A DNA stretch of 64,000 nucleotides from Nitrospirota bacterium (GTDB taxonomy: Bacteria; Nitrospirota; UBA9217). The notes under the pieces are model-generated. The model saw nothing but the letters and a program-made list of their open reading frames with translations, had not been told where the DNA came from and did not search any database. The DNA is taken from NCBI GenBank assembly GCA_963796285.1, contig CAWCKW010000012.1, forward strand, positions 640,001-704,000. Reading direction: 5' to 3'. Of this stretch, positions 43,442 to 53,968 are shown in pieces (position 1 is the first letter of the stretch; the number at the start of each line of letters is the position of its first letter). Position numbers and translations under genes: made by a program.

Positions 43442-44836
43442 TCAACCATTCAGTTCCGATAGAGCCGAGAAAAGAAAAATGAGACTGCGACAGCCTTTTT
43501 CCCAATCAGAGATCAATACACTTTCGTTTTCCGAGTGGGCGGCCGAGTAGGGGTCTCCGACGCCAAAGAGCAGGGCAGGCGCTCCGCCGAGGGCATCGGT
43601 AATGGTCTGGACAAATGGGATGGATCCTCCGGCGCCGAGAACGATCGGCTTTATGCCGTATCCCATTTCGAGTGCCCTTCGTGCTGCTTCAAAAGCAGGG
43701 CCGCTCGTATCGGTGTGCCACCATCGTGAAGGCGTCTCCGGTTCAAAGGTAACCTGAATTCCCCAGGGAGCCTTTTCCCGGAGATAGGTGGTGAGAAGTT
43801 CCATCGTTTCCTCGGGCTCCATGTCGGGAACGATGCGGATGCCGACGCGCGCCCAGGCCTTGTCGTTGATGATGTTCGCGGCCTGTTTACGGCTGCTCGC
43901 TTCGATCGCATTAACGGAGATGGATGGCAGATGCCACATTTTTTCGTAGACCGAGCCTTCTTTGCCGATGATCCGCACACCCTCCAGGATCTTCGCCTGT
44001 TTCCGGAACATCAATTCCGAAAAGGGAAGGGCATTCAGGTCCGATACCTCCCGGGATGTTCGTGCACGGACTTTGTTCAAGAGCCCGGGAATCGCGGGAA
44101 CCCCCTGATCGTCCACAAGGCTTGCAAGCATCTTTGAAAGGGCCAGGACGGGATCGGGCAACGGACCGCCCCAGGTGCCCGAATGCAGGCTTGCCGCAAG
44201 CGAACGCACTTCGACATTCACGGTCACGATGCCCCGGAGCGACGCGGTGAGAGCCGGGATGCCGCTGTCAAAATTCTCGCTGTCGGCTATTAAAACCACA
44301 TCAGCGGACAAAAGCTTCCGATGCTTTTCGAGCAGCTTGTTCAGGTTCGTTGACCCGATCTCTTCTTCACCTTCGATAAGCACTTTGACATTGACCGGAA
44401 GACTGCCGATGGAATCAAGGTAAGATACGATCGCTGCAACGTGCATCAATACGCCTGCTTTATCGTCTGATACGCCTCGGCCGTAGAGCCTTCCCTCCCG
44501 CTCTGACGGTTCGAAAGGCGGAGTTGCCCAGAGATCTTCGCGGCCAATAGGCTGAACATCGTAATGAGCGTATAGCAGGATGGTGGGCTTGCCGGGAGCG
44601 CCGGTCCATTGGCCGAATACTGCTGGATAGCCTGCGCCCGTCTCAAGGATCCGCACATCGGATAGATGGCTTTTTCTCAGGAGTGCCGCGACCGCATCGG
44701 CGCACTGCTTAACCCGTACCGGGTCGAATCCAGGGAAACTGATGCTTGGAATGCGGGCGAGGTCTTTAAGGTCATTCAAGTGCTTGGCTTTGTGATTGTC
44801 AAAATGTTCCAGTACAGCGTCGATGTTGTAATTCAT
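43442..44836 (-). CDS. M20/M25/M40 family dipeptidase
   Basis: HYDVQP, GRGVSDDK, EGEEEIGS, GGSIP, HSENE. Confidence 0.9.
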   Translation of the reverse strand: MNYNIDAVLEHFDNHKAKHLNDLKDLARIPSISFPGFDPVRVKQCADAVAALLRKSHLSDVRILETGAGYPAVFGQWTGAPGKPTILLYAHYDVQPIGREDLWATPPFEPSEREGRLYGRGVSDDKAGVLMHVAAIVSYLDSIGSLPVNVKVLIEGEEEIGSTNLNKLLEKHRKLLSADVVLIADSENFDSGIPALTASLRGIVTVNVEVRSLAASLHSGTWGGPLPDPVLALSKMLASLVDDQGVPAIPGLLNKVRARTSREVSDLNALPFSELMFRKQAKILEGVRIIGKEGSVYEKMWHLPSISVNAIEASSRKQAANIINDKAWARVGIRIVPDMEPEETMELLTTYLREKAPWGIQVTFEPETPSRWWHTDTSGPAFEAARRALEMGYGIKPIVLGAGGSIPFVQTITDALGGAPALLFGVGDPYSAAHSENESVLISDWEKGCRSLIFLFSALSELNG

Positions 44837-45167
44837 AGGTATTCTCCATCGTGTCTTGGAAATAAAGAAGGGCTGATCCTGAGGCCAACCCTTTTATAAC
44901 ATAGTGGAGCGGAGGGAATAATTTCACGCGCTTCGCTTCACAATTGCTCAGCCCCGCGCGCACTCCCCAAAGCACGCGGGGCAATTCCCCTCATACCCCT
45001 TTGCACGGCATGACGGAATCCTGACCCCAAGACTGCCAGTAAGGCTGGGCTGAAAATCACAACCCTTATGTTTCTTTTGTAGTTGTTATTTGCTGCAAAT
45101 CATAAACTATCAACTCGAATTCGTCAACATCTAACCCTCCTCGATATTTTTGGGTCCTGAAAAACGG

Positions 45168-45196
45168 TTGACTTTCCCCGCATAACTTCTTATAGT
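45168..45196 (+). promoter_or_regulatory. Sigma70 promoter, probably giving a leaderless transcript
   Basis: TTGACT-N17-TATAGT ending 5 nt before the ATG at 45202. Confidence 0.65.
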
Positions 45197-45201
45197 GACT
45201 C

Positions 45202-45531
45202 ATGATGAAACCCAAACTGCGTTCCATCATATTCCTCCTTGCCTTTGCCCTCCTGATCCAGAATACGTGCCCCATGGGCGCAGCCGGCAAGTCCGCCGTG
45301 ACCGCGTTGTGTAAGAACTGTCCCTTGAATCATGGCTTCATCGTGCCGACGAACCGGCAAAAAACCCTCGTTACCGATTCTTCATCAATCCATTTCCCGA
45401 TGTACGTCTTTGCCGTTCCAAAGATGCTCCATACATTTCAGTTCGAGCCGATCACTTTCGCAGGGGCGGTCCCCGCAAAAAGCTACAGGGACGCACTGCC
45501 GGAAGAACTGCTGCGACCTCCCCGCGTCTGA
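45202..45531 (+). CDS. DUF2946/CruR-like leader protein
   Basis: Signal-like N-terminus, CKNC motif, C-terminal LLRPPRV. Confidence 0.55.
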   Translation: MMKPKLRSIIFLLAFALLIQNTCPMGAAGKSAVTALCKNCPLNHGFIVPTNRQKTLVTDSSSIHFPMYVFAVPKMLHTFQFEPITFAGAVPAKSYRDALPEELLRPPRV

Positions 45532-45692
45532 ATTTAACCCATCAAACATCATTGTTTATTTCTCGAAGCGGCGTTTTTTAGAGTTTGCCGGTTTGCAAAC
45601 CTACGGGCTTGAAAGCTGGTAACAAGTTCAGCTTTCCTTGGCGTGCTGTGCGTGAGATGCATAACTTTGCCGCGAATTTAGGGAGATTACTC

Positions 45693-46886
45693 ATGAACAC
45701 GACGAAAACGCTCCTTCGTAGCGCGCTCGTGCTTTATTTCGTTATTGCCTTTGAAGTTCTGATCATGATCAGTCCCTTTGCCGGGTTCTTTTACTCGGTG
45801 TTCAACCCCGTGCTGCTTAAGTTCGCCGCTCATTCGTCGACGCGGTGGCTGAGCGCGTTTTACCTGCCTCACATGGTCCTGCCCGAGGACCCACTTCTAC
45901 AGTTCGTGCGGGTCACGGGCTCGGTCCTGTTCGTTCTCGGTATGGCGGTTTTTTTTATCTGCGCCATCCAGGTCTACACGGCCAAGTTCATGAAAAAAGG
46001 CGCCGTGCTGGGCGGGTTGTACTCGTCCATCCGCCACCCACAGTATGCGGCGCTCGGACTTGCAGGGCTCGGCCTCTCGATCCTCTGGCCGAGGTTCCTG
46101 ACCGTTGTGCTCTGGCTTGTCATGGCGCTGGTATATTATCTCCTGGCCAGGGACGAGGAGCGGAGGATGCTGAACGCCCATGAAGAGATCTACCGGGCAT
46201 ACATGAAAAAGACCGGTATGTTTCTGCCGAAGAAGATCGAGAGGGCGATCATCCCGTCCTCAGGCCTCGGGAAAACAGCATTCGCCATCGGCCTTGCGGC
46301 GCTCGTGCTCGGCAGCGCGTTCCTGCTCAGGTCGTACACCATCAACCACCTCACGATCTGGACAAAGGCCCAGAATGTCACCGGCATCGCCATTCTGCCC
46401 GAGGACGGATTCAAGATGGACCACCGCATGGGCGACATCCTCGCCCTGAAGGAAGTGAGTGCCCGGATAGTTGCGAACAAACACTATCTCGTCTATTTCA
46501 TCCCGCAGGACTACATCATGCAGGGCATGATCGCTGACACGGGGGGAGACTGGAAGCTCTTTAATCAACACCACTCGATTTCCATGATCTCGGACTGGGT
46601 GTTCCATCCCTTTGCGCATCTTCGCGAGGGACACCATGCCATGCACGGCGGGATGAATATGCAGCATCAGGGCACTGTTGCGATGGGGGATGGCATAAAC
46701 AGGAGGCTTATCTTCCTGTCCATAGAGGATGTGCAGGTGAAGGAACCTTCCGACCTGTTTGCTATCAACGCCCTGCGCGTGCCGCAGTTCATGGTCGACG
46801 TTGAGGTGCACAACATGAAGCTGCTTGACGTGAAGGACCTGCCGCATGGGAGCGGATGGGGCACGGTGCCGACGCCGGTGTTTTAA
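45693..46886 (+). CDS. Membrane methyltransferase-like (ICMT/PEMT family) protein with His/Met-rich C-terminal domain
   Basis: GLYSSIRHPQY, EERRM...Y..Y...TGMFLP; HHAMHGGMNMQH segment. Confidence 0.7.
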   Translation: MNTTKTLLRSALVLYFVIAFEVLIMISPFAGFFYSVFNPVLLKFAAHSSTRWLSAFYLPHMVLPEDPLLQFVRVTGSVLFVLGMAVFFICAIQVYTAKFMKKGAVLGGLYSSIRHPQYAALGLAGLGLSILWPRFLTVVLWLVMALVYYLLARDEERRMLNAHEEIYRAYMKKTGMFLPKKIERAIIPSSGLGKTAFAIGLAALVLGSAFLLRSYTINHLTIWTKAQNVTGIAILPEDGFKMDHRMGDILALKEVSARIVANKHYLVYFIPQDYIMQGMIADTGGDWKLFNQHHSISMISDWVFHPFAHLREGHHAMHGGMNMQHQGTVAMGDGINRRLIFLSIEDVQVKEPSDLFAINALRVPQFMVDVEVHNMKLLDVKDLPHGSGWGTVPTPVF

Positions 46887-47012
46887 AGCAATGCGGAATG
46901 AAGAATGTTGAAAAAAATTATTTCTTGAATAGGCATAGCCTGCACTTGCGTAAGCGCGGCCATAAACAGAGGTCGCAAAGAGAAACAAAACGATAATATG
47001 AGGAGGGGAAAA

Positions 47013-47789
47013 ATGAAAAGACGATCAATTGTCGTTGGCACTGCATTATCGGTTATGCTGGTCGCGGCGCTCGTTACAGCATATGCGGCAATCGTCGGAT
47101 CAAAGAAAGAGGGAATGGTCGAGTATGTCGGCGCTCAGAAAGATGTTTTTGTGAGTGGCAAGGCCGCGAGCGTCGTGTCTCTGAAAGACCTGGCCGGACG
47201 CAAGGGGCTGTACGCCATGGGACCGATAGATGGACTTGACGGCGAGATCACGATCTTTGACTCAAAGCCTTTTATCACCAAGGTACGTGGTTCCGATTAC
47301 GTGGCGGAGAGCACCTGGAAGCACGGCGCGTTTTTTCTTGTCTGGACGGAGCAGACGAAGTGGATGGATGTTCCGGTTCCCCCTACAGTGAAGGGCTACG
47401 TGGACCTACAGCAGTTCGTCAAGGCACAGGCGCAGGCAGCGGGCATTGACGTCACCAACCCTTTTCCATTCCTACTCTCCGGCGCTCCCGTGGAGATCAA
47501 GTGGCACATCAACGTGGACAGGACGGAAGGGAAGCCCATTACAAAAGAATCATTCGCCAAGTCAAAGCAGCCCTTCGTAACGAAGAACGAACCCGTCGAC
47601 ATCATCGGTTTCTATTCCGAGCATCATGCCGGCGTGTTCCTCACTGCAACCACTCCGGTGATCAAGGAAGGCTCGGGAATGCAGAACGCGATCCACATCC
47701 ATCTGGTATCACGCGCCAGCAAGGCTTCCGGTCATATAGATGACATCACGCTGGGAGAGGGCATGGTATTGCGTCTGCCGAAACCGTGA
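47013..47789 (+). CDS. Exported acetolactate decarboxylase-like protein
   Basis: Signal peptide; GLDGEITI.D, IGFYS..HAG.F, HIH metal motif. Confidence 0.7.
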   Translation: MKRRSIVVGTALSVMLVAALVTAYAAIVGSKKEGMVEYVGAQKDVFVSGKAASVVSLKDLAGRKGLYAMGPIDGLDGEITIFDSKPFITKVRGSDYVAESTWKHGAFFLVWTEQTKWMDVPVPPTVKGYVDLQQFVKAQAQAAGIDVTNPFPFLLSGAPVEIKWHINVDRTEGKPITKESFAKSKQPFVTKNEPVDIIGFYSEHHAGVFLTATTPVIKEGSGMQNAIHIHLVSRASKASGHIDDITLGEGMVLRLPKP

Positions 47790-47938
47790 TTATGAAAATG
47801 AACGTAATGCATGTTATTGAGGTTAGCCGTATGATAGATCATAGTGATTGACGTCAACGTGCAAGATACTTTATACTTGAGCCCGACTCATTCAATTGGG
47901 TCGGGTTCTCACATTATGGTCTACGGGAGGCACAGTTC

Positions 47939-48910
47939 ATGGATTTCCTGCAAATGACCTTTCCCATATCGGGAGTGACCACTAATGTTCTCCTTCCGCC
48001 GTTAATTTCTCTGGTTATCTCGTTCTTTACCTCCATGGGCGGCATATCCGGCGCGTTTCTTCTGCTCCCATTTCAGATGAGCGTCCTCAACTATACTGCT
48101 CCATCCGTCAGCGGGACCAATCATGTGTTCAACATCCTGGCGATCCCGAGCGGCGTTTACCGGTACATAAAAGAAGGCCGCATGGCATGGCCCCTGACCT
48201 GGGTGGTCATCGCCGGCACGCTGCCGGGCGTGTTCATCGGATATTATCTTCGCGTCCTGTACCTCCCCGATCCGAAGATGTTCAAATTATTTGTCGGCTG
48301 CGTCCTGCTGTATATCGGCATCAGGATATTTAAAGAACTCCTGGTCGGTAGTAAAGCTCAATCAGCCGGTGCAAAGGCCCTTGAGGATAAATTCAAGGCC
48401 CGGGCAGGGCAAATAAAAAAGGAACAGAGTTCAAAAATGGCCGCGGGCATCCCGGCTGAAGCGGTTGTGAAGACCATAAGCATGTCGCTGAAAAAAATTG
48501 AGTACGAATTTTGGGGCGAGCGGTTCTCATTCAACACCGTCGGCATGTTCGCCCTTGCGTTTGTCGTCGGGATTATCGGTGGGGCCTACGGCATTGGCGG
48601 TGGCGCGATCATTGCCCCTTTCTGCGTGGCCTTTTTCAATTTGCCGATCTATTCCATTGCAGGCGCGACGCTCATGGGGACGTTCATCACTTCGGTGGCA
48701 GGTGCCGTATTTTTCAGCGTTCTGCCCGCGACGCAAGGGATTTCCCCCATGCCTGACTGGCCTCTGGGAATTCTCTTCGGTATCGGCGGATTCATAGGCA
48801 TGTATCTCGGCGCGAAGACACAGAAATACGTCCCGCAGAAGTTCATTAAGATCATCGTAGGCACGGCTATCATGTTTCTTGCGATAAAATATATCGTTCA
48901 GTATTTCTAA
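47939..48910 (+). CDS. Sulfite exporter TauE/SafE family
   Basis: GGISGAFLLLP and GGAYGIGGG repeats; multi-TM. Confidence 0.85.
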   Translation: MDFLQMTFPISGVTTNVLLPPLISLVISFFTSMGGISGAFLLLPFQMSVLNYTAPSVSGTNHVFNILAIPSGVYRYIKEGRMAWPLTWVVIAGTLPGVFIGYYLRVLYLPDPKMFKLFVGCVLLYIGIRIFKELLVGSKAQSAGAKALEDKFKARAGQIKKEQSSKMAAGIPAEAVVKTISMSLKKIEYEFWGERFSFNTVGMFALAFVVGIIGGAYGIGGGAIIAPFCVAFFNLPIYSIAGATLMGTFITSVAGAVFFSVLPATQGISPMPDWPLGILFGIGGFIGMYLGAKTQKYVPQKFIKIIVGTAIMFLAIKYIVQYF

Positions 48911-49053
48911 TTGAATGATCCAAACACGCCGCCCATCTCTACGCCGGGGGCTCGATTCCGTCCCACGTTCTCTCCTCTGTCGCAGATCGGCGGGTACTGT
49001 CGATTCGCTTTCCGTCATAGTATCGGCCCCGTTAAAGCCAACAGTAAATCCTC

Positions 49054-49102
49054 TTGACAAACCGGACTCACTTCGCTATCATATATAAATAAGTTGATAT
49101 GA
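49054..49102 (+). promoter_or_regulatory. Sigma70 promoter with ArsR-type operator
   Basis: TTGACA-N17-TATCAT; TCATAT-N12-ATATGA inverted repeat overlapping the -10/TSS region. Confidence 0.6.
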
Positions 49103-49111
49103 GGTGAGGTG

Positions 49112-50065
49112 ATGCTGAAGGCTTTTGCTTACTATTTGGTGTATAACGTGTTCGGCATGGCGCAGGGCGCGCGGTTGTCAGGTGCTCTGGAATTCTTCAT
49201 ATACGATACAATTAAGATATTTTTACTACTTTCCGTCATCATCTTTGCTGTATCCGTCATTCGGTCCTACTTTCCTCCGGAGCGGACGAAGAAGATCCTT
49301 TCTCATAAACGAGAGTTTATCGGTAATATTCTTGCAGCTCTCCTTGGAATCGTTACGCCGTTCTGCTCCTGCTCGGCAGTACCGCTTTTTATCGGTTTTG
49401 TGGAGGCAGGGGTCCCCCTTGGCGTCACGTTCTCCTTTCTCATTTCGTCTCCCATGGTAAACGAAGTGGCCGTTGTGCTCCTGTGGGGCTTGTTTGGTTG
49501 GAAAATCGCTCTCATCTATATGGGGACCGGTCTCCTTGTCGCAATCATCGCGGGAATGACCATTGGGAAACTGAAGCTTGAAAAGTGGGTCGAGGAGTAT
49601 GTCTATAAGATCAAGTCCCTGGGTGCTCCTGCCGATATAGCACGGCAGACATTCAAGGACCGGATCGTGTATGCTCGGGAAAATACTGCGGACATCTTAA
49701 AAAAGGTTTGGGCCTACGTAATCGTCGCCATTGGTATCGGTGGATTCATCCACGGATATGTGCCTGAAGACTTCCTTGTCCGGTATGCCGGTCCGCAGAA
49801 TCCTTTCGGAGTGCCTATTGCCGTTGCCCTGGGAGTGCCGCTGTATTCGAACGCGGCCGGTGTGATCCCGATCGTCTACGCGCTCATGGAAAAAGGCATG
49901 AGTATGGGCACCGTTCTGGCCTTTATGATGGCAGTCACGGCGCTATCGCTTCCCGAGATGATCATTCTCCGGAAAGTGCTGAAGGTCAATCTCCTGGCGG
50001 TGTTCGTCTCGATCATGACGGTCACGATCATTGGCGTGGGGTATCTGTTTAATGCGATTCTTTAA
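49112..50065 (+). CDS. ArsP-like (DUF318) permease
   Basis: TPFCSCSAVP, FLISSPMVNE, GVPLYSN, LSLPEM. Confidence 0.88.
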   Translation: MLKAFAYYLVYNVFGMAQGARLSGALEFFIYDTIKIFLLLSVIIFAVSVIRSYFPPERTKKILSHKREFIGNILAALLGIVTPFCSCSAVPLFIGFVEAGVPLGVTFSFLISSPMVNEVAVVLLWGLFGWKIALIYMGTGLLVAIIAGMTIGKLKLEKWVEEYVYKIKSLGAPADIARQTFKDRIVYARENTADILKKVWAYVIVAIGIGGFIHGYVPEDFLVRYAGPQNPFGVPIAVALGVPLYSNAAGVIPIVYALMEKGMSMGTVLAFMMAVTALSLPEMIILRKVLKVNLLAVFVSIMTVTIIGVGYLFNAIL

Positions 50066-50078
50066 TTAGGAGGAAGTG

Positions 50079-50321
50079 ATGGAAATCAAAGTACTCGGTC
50101 CAGGATGCGCAAACTGCTTTAAGATGGAGGAACTTGCGAAAACCGCTGTGAAGGAACTCGGTATCGAGGCCAAGGTCGAGAAGATCACGGACATAGGCCA
50201 GATCGCCATGCACGGCATTCTGTCAACGCCGGGTCTTATCGTGAACGGCAAGATCAAGCATTCAGGCAAACCGCTTCCGAGCCTGGATAAGATGAAAGAA
50301 TTGATCAAGGGCGAAGCTTAG
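50079..50321 (+). CDS. Small thioredoxin-like protein (MTH895/ArsE type)
   Basis: [20 protein letters not shown]. Confidence 0.9.
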   Translation: MEIKVLGPGCANCFKMEELAKTAVKELGIEAKVEKITDIGQIAMHGILSTPGLIVNGKIKHSGKPLPSLDKMKELIKGEA

Positions 50322-50331
50322 TGGGAGGAAT

Positions 50332-50709
50332 ATGAACGATCTCGTGACGATATTCAAGGCGCTTTCCGACGAAACCAGACTCCGAATCATAAAACTCCTG
50401 GAGCAGGGAGAACTGTGCGTGTGCGACATAACGGCTGCGCTGGACATGGTGCAGCCAAAGGTATCTTTCCATCTTAGCACCCTGAAGGAAGCAGGGCTCA
50501 TCAAGGACCGCAAACAGGGGAAATGGATTCATTACAGTCTGAAAGATGCCGATCTGTTCAGGAGGATGCTCATGGTATCGGTATGCGAAAAAGCTGATGG
50601 TGGGCTGATTGGAGCTGATCGAAAGCGACTTGCCCATTTTCTCGAGTCGAAAATGACAGGTTCTGATTGTGCGACCACGAAAAGAAAAGCCTGCTCCTGC
50701 GGAGCATAA
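50332..50709 (+). CDS. arsR: ArsR/SmtB transcriptional repressor
   Basis: [20 protein letters not shown]. Confidence 0.9.
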   Translation: MNDLVTIFKALSDETRLRIIKLLEQGELCVCDITAALDMVQPKVSFHLSTLKEAGLIKDRKQGKWIHYSLKDADLFRRMLMVSVCEKADGGLIGADRKRLAHFLESKMTGSDCATTKRKACSCGA

Positions 50710-50768
50710 AGCATGGAGAATGCTATTTTCGTTAACCGTACCTTGCCGCTTACGAGGTTGAACAATAA

Positions 50769-51452
50769 ATGATATCCCTTGATTTCACAAAAAAAAATAG
50801 CAAGCTCTATTCCTTCGCCTCCGCCTTAGCGATCATTACCATCGCCTACAACATCATTGAAGGAGTCGTTTCGGTGTTCTTCGGAGTTGAAGATGGAAGT
50901 ATGGTGCTCTTCGGGTTCGGTGTGGATTCCTTCGTTGAAGTGATCTCGGGCATCGGGATATGGCACATGGTGCGGAGGATCAGAAATAACGACAAAGAGA
51001 ATCCTGATCAGTTCGAGCAGACGGCGCTCAAGATCACGGGAACCGGATTCTACGTTCTGACAATCGGGTTGTCGATCATTGCTGCCGTTGACCTTTATCG
51101 GGGACATAAACCGGAGACTACCTTTTGGGGCATTGTTGTTTCAATCATCTCCATTGCCGCGATGTGGCTGCTGATCCACTACAAGGTAAAAGTTGGGAAA
51201 CAGCTAAATTCCGAAGCCATTTTATCCGATGCTGCTTGCACCCGTGCCTGTTTGCAGCTCTCAATCGTTCTGCTCATTGCAAGCGTTGGATACGAACTCA
51301 CCCATATAGGCGGGATTGACTCCATAGGCACATTCGTAATTGCGGGGCTTTGCTACCGGGAAGGAAAAGAGGCATTCGTGAAAGCAAAGATAAAAAGCTT
51401 TGCCTGCACCTGCGGCGGGTCTTGCCGGACGGGCGTGGATGTGAACGAATAA
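50769..51452 (+). CDS. Cation transporter (CDF-like transmembrane domain)
   Basis: [15 protein letters not shown]; Cys-rich tail. Confidence 0.75.
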   Translation: MISLDFTKKNSKLYSFASALAIITIAYNIIEGVVSVFFGVEDGSMVLFGFGVDSFVEVISGIGIWHMVRRIRNNDKENPDQFEQTALKITGTGFYVLTIGLSIIAAVDLYRGHKPETTFWGIVVSIISIAAMWLLIHYKVKVGKQLNSEAILSDAACTRACLQLSIVLLIASVGYELTHIGGIDSIGTFVIAGLCYREGKEAFVKAKIKSFACTCGGSCRTGVDVNE

Positions 51453-51480
51453 ACCAAATAGTCAGGATCAGGGGGTAACT

Positions 51481-52560
51481 ATGAACGAATTACCTATTAA
51501 AAGACTTTCTTTCCTGGATAGGTATCTGACTCTCTGGATAATCAGCGCTATGGCCCTCGGGGTGGGACTGGGCTATTTCATTCAAGGAACGGAAGCCTTC
51601 ATCAATAGCTTTCAGGTCGGCACAACCAACATCCCTATCGCCATCGGGCTAATTCTCATGATGTATCCGCCTCTTGCGAAGGTCAAGTATGAGGAACTCG
51701 GCGAGGTCTTCCGGAACAAGAAGGTTCTAGGTCTCTCGCTGGTCCAAAACTGGGTCATCGGCCCGATCCTGATGTTCGCTCTTGCGATCATCTTTCTTCG
51801 TTCTTACCCCGAATACATGGTCGGTCTCATCATGATCGGCCTTGCCCGCTGCATTGCTATGGTGATCGTATGGAACGACCTTGCCTGCGGCGATCCCGAG
51901 TATGCCGCAGGTCTCGTGGCGTTCAACTCGATCTTTCAGGTCCTTTTCTTTTCCGTCTATGCCTACGTCTTCATAACCGTGCTTCCTGTCTGGTTTGGGC
52001 TCAAGGGAGTCGTGGTAAATGTTTCGATCGGACAGATAGCGCAAAGCGTATTCATCTATCTCGGCATTCCATTCATCGCGGGGATGCTGACCCGGTTCGT
52101 GCTGATCAAGATCAAGGACCGCCAATGGTACGAGACGGTCTTTATTCCAAAGATCAGCCCGATCACACTCATCTCGCTCTTGTTCACCATCATCGTCATG
52201 TTCTCGCTCAAGGGCAACTATATCGTCAAACTGCCGCTGGATGTAGTGCGCATAGCGATTCCCTTGTTGATCTACTTCGTGGTCATGTTCCTGGTGTCGT
52301 TCTATCTCGGGAAGAAGATCGGTGCGGATTATCCGAAGACCGCAACACTCTCATTCACCGCCGCGAGCAACAACTTCGAGCTTGCGATTGCGGTAGCAGT
52401 AGCCGTGTTCGGCATCAATTCAGGTGCAGCCTTTGCCGCAGTCATCGGGCCGCTGGTCGAGGTGCCGGTGTTGATCAGTTTGGTGAATGTGTCGAAGTAT
52501 TTTCAGCGCACCTATTTCAGTGTTGAGTACTGCAAGGTCAAAGGAACTGATGCGCTTTGA
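51481..52560 (+). CDS. acr3: Acr3 family arsenite efflux transporter
   Basis: [44 protein letters not shown]. Confidence 0.95.
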   Translation: MNELPIKRLSFLDRYLTLWIISAMALGVGLGYFIQGTEAFINSFQVGTTNIPIAIGLILMMYPPLAKVKYEELGEVFRNKKVLGLSLVQNWVIGPILMFALAIIFLRSYPEYMVGLIMIGLARCIAMVIVWNDLACGDPEYAAGLVAFNSIFQVLFFSVYAYVFITVLPVWFGLKGVVVNVSIGQIAQSVFIYLGIPFIAGMLTRFVLIKIKDRQWYETVFIPKISPITLISLLFTIIVMFSLKGNYIVKLPLDVVRIAIPLLIYFVVMFLVSFYLGKKIGADYPKTATLSFTAASNNFELAIAVAVAVFGINSGAAFAAVIGPLVEVPVLISLVNVSKYFQRTYFSVEYCKVKGTDAL

Positions 52561-52596
52561 TGCGGATTGCCGGCTTGGCATTCTTGAGGTAATTAT

Positions 52597-53322
52597 ATGA
52601 AGTTTGCGATATTCGGAGACATACACGGAAACATCGAGGCCCTGAAGGCGGCATATGAGGCGGCAGTCAGGCAGCGGGAGCTGAAAAGATATATCACCTC
52701 GGCGACTTGGGCGGGTATTCTCCTTTTGTGAACGAGGTCGTGGACTTCCTTATCGAGCACAATATCGAAGGCGTGCAGGGAAACTATGATGAGACCGTTG
52801 CGCATGACCGGGAGCATTGCGGATGCAAAGCCGAGGACCCGGTGCAGGAGGAGATGGCGAACCAAGTCATTCGCCTGGACGAAGAAGCATGCATCGTGAG
52901 AGACGAAAGAGTACCTTGGAAAGCTTCCCGTCTGAGATCACGTTTATGCCGCAGGGAAGGAAGGTCGCGCTGTTCCATGCCACGCCATCGGAAGAACAAT
53001 CTCTACTGGTACGAGGACCGGCCGGAGAAGTTCTTTCAGGAGATGGCTGGAAAAGTTGACGCAGATATCCTGATCTACGGCCATACGCACAAGCCGTATC
53101 GGAAAGACTTTGAAGAACAAAATCTTAATCAATGCCGGCAGCGTGGGCAAGCCGAAAGGACGGCGATCCGAGTGCATGCGTGACCTTGGTTGAGATCAAG
53201 GCTGAGAGGTAGTGAACACAGAGTTTCTGCGGGTTTCCTATGATGTGGAGAAGGCGGCACAAGCGATCGTATCGAGCGGTTTGCCCGAATACTTCGCAGA
53301 AAGGTTGAAGGAGGGGAAATGA
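52597..53322 (+). CDS. Metallophosphoesterase (YfcE-like); several frameshifts
   Basis: GDIHGN, HLGDL, QGNYD, GHTHKP, NAGSVGKP across frames. Confidence 0.8.
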
Positions 53323-53705
53323 GAATCAAGTTTGTGGTTCTAGTTGTAATGTTTCTATTGTCTCTTTCGTCATGCAGCAATGCCGGAGATATCGACGCTG
53401 CACTAAACAAGGCCAAACAGGAGGGCAAGATCGTTATGCTTGAGCTTGGTTCTGTCGGCTGCATCCCCTGCGAGCAGATGAAGCCCGTAATGCAAAAACT
53501 GCGCGACACATACCAGGGGAAGCTTGAGGTCATCTTTATCGATGTGCGTCAGGACCATAAGACCGGCAGGCAGTTCGGCGTTCATGTGATCCCAACACAG
53601 GTTTTTCTCGACAAGACGGGCAAGGAGTTTCACCGTCATATCGGTTTTTATTCCTATGAGGAGATTGCACCTGCTTTTGAAGAAGAACGGTTTATAGATT
53701 GGTAA
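53319..53705 (+). CDS. Thioredoxin-family lipoprotein
   Basis: Signal peptide; GCIPC; IPTQVF. Confidence 0.85.
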   Translation: MRIKFVVLVVMFLLSLSSCSNAGDIDAALNKAKQEGKIVMLELGSVGCIPCEQMKPVMQKLRDTYQGKLEVIFIDVRQDHKTGRQFGVHVIPTQVFLDKTGKEFHRHIGFYSYEEIAPAFEEERFIDW

Positions 53706-53725
53706 AACTTGTGAGGGACTGCGCC

Positions 53726-53944
53726 ATGGAACATCGCATTTGCTACTGTTTTGGATATTCAGAAGAAGACATAACAAAAGATGTCTTGAAGAACAACGGC
53801 AGATCTTTGATCATGGAAAGAATACTCGCCGAGAAAAAAGGCGGAGGATGCTCTTGCGGAGAAAACCATCCGCTTGGCAGGTGATGCCTGGGTGATGTCC
53901 GCCGTGTTGTGGACAAGGCAAAGGAAAGACTCAAAAGCGCTTAA
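53726..53944 (+). CDS. BFD-like (2Fe-2S)-binding selenoprotein (Csac_0668-like), Sec at TGA 53882-53884
   Basis: ICYCF...C.C...HP.GR-U-CLGDVRR aligns with the family NPxGxCCLxDV motif; SECIS-like hairpin follows. Confidence 0.8.
53885..53920 (+). promoter_or_regulatory. Putative bacterial SECIS hairpin
   Basis: tgcct..gtccgc-cgtgtt-gtggac..aggca directly after the UGA. Confidence 0.65.
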
Positions 53945-53968
53945 TGCAGCTTATAGAAGGTGTTCACC

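Noticed and set aside
44900-45065. GC-rich hairpin region as a tRNA, ncRNA or island attachment site
   Set aside because: No cloverleaf or known RNA family pattern is recognisable, and there is no integrase or direct-repeat partner in the window
52558-52587. acr3 TGA followed by TGC as a possible Sec read-through
   Set aside because: The following hairpin is small and too close to the UGA, and Acr3 is already full length
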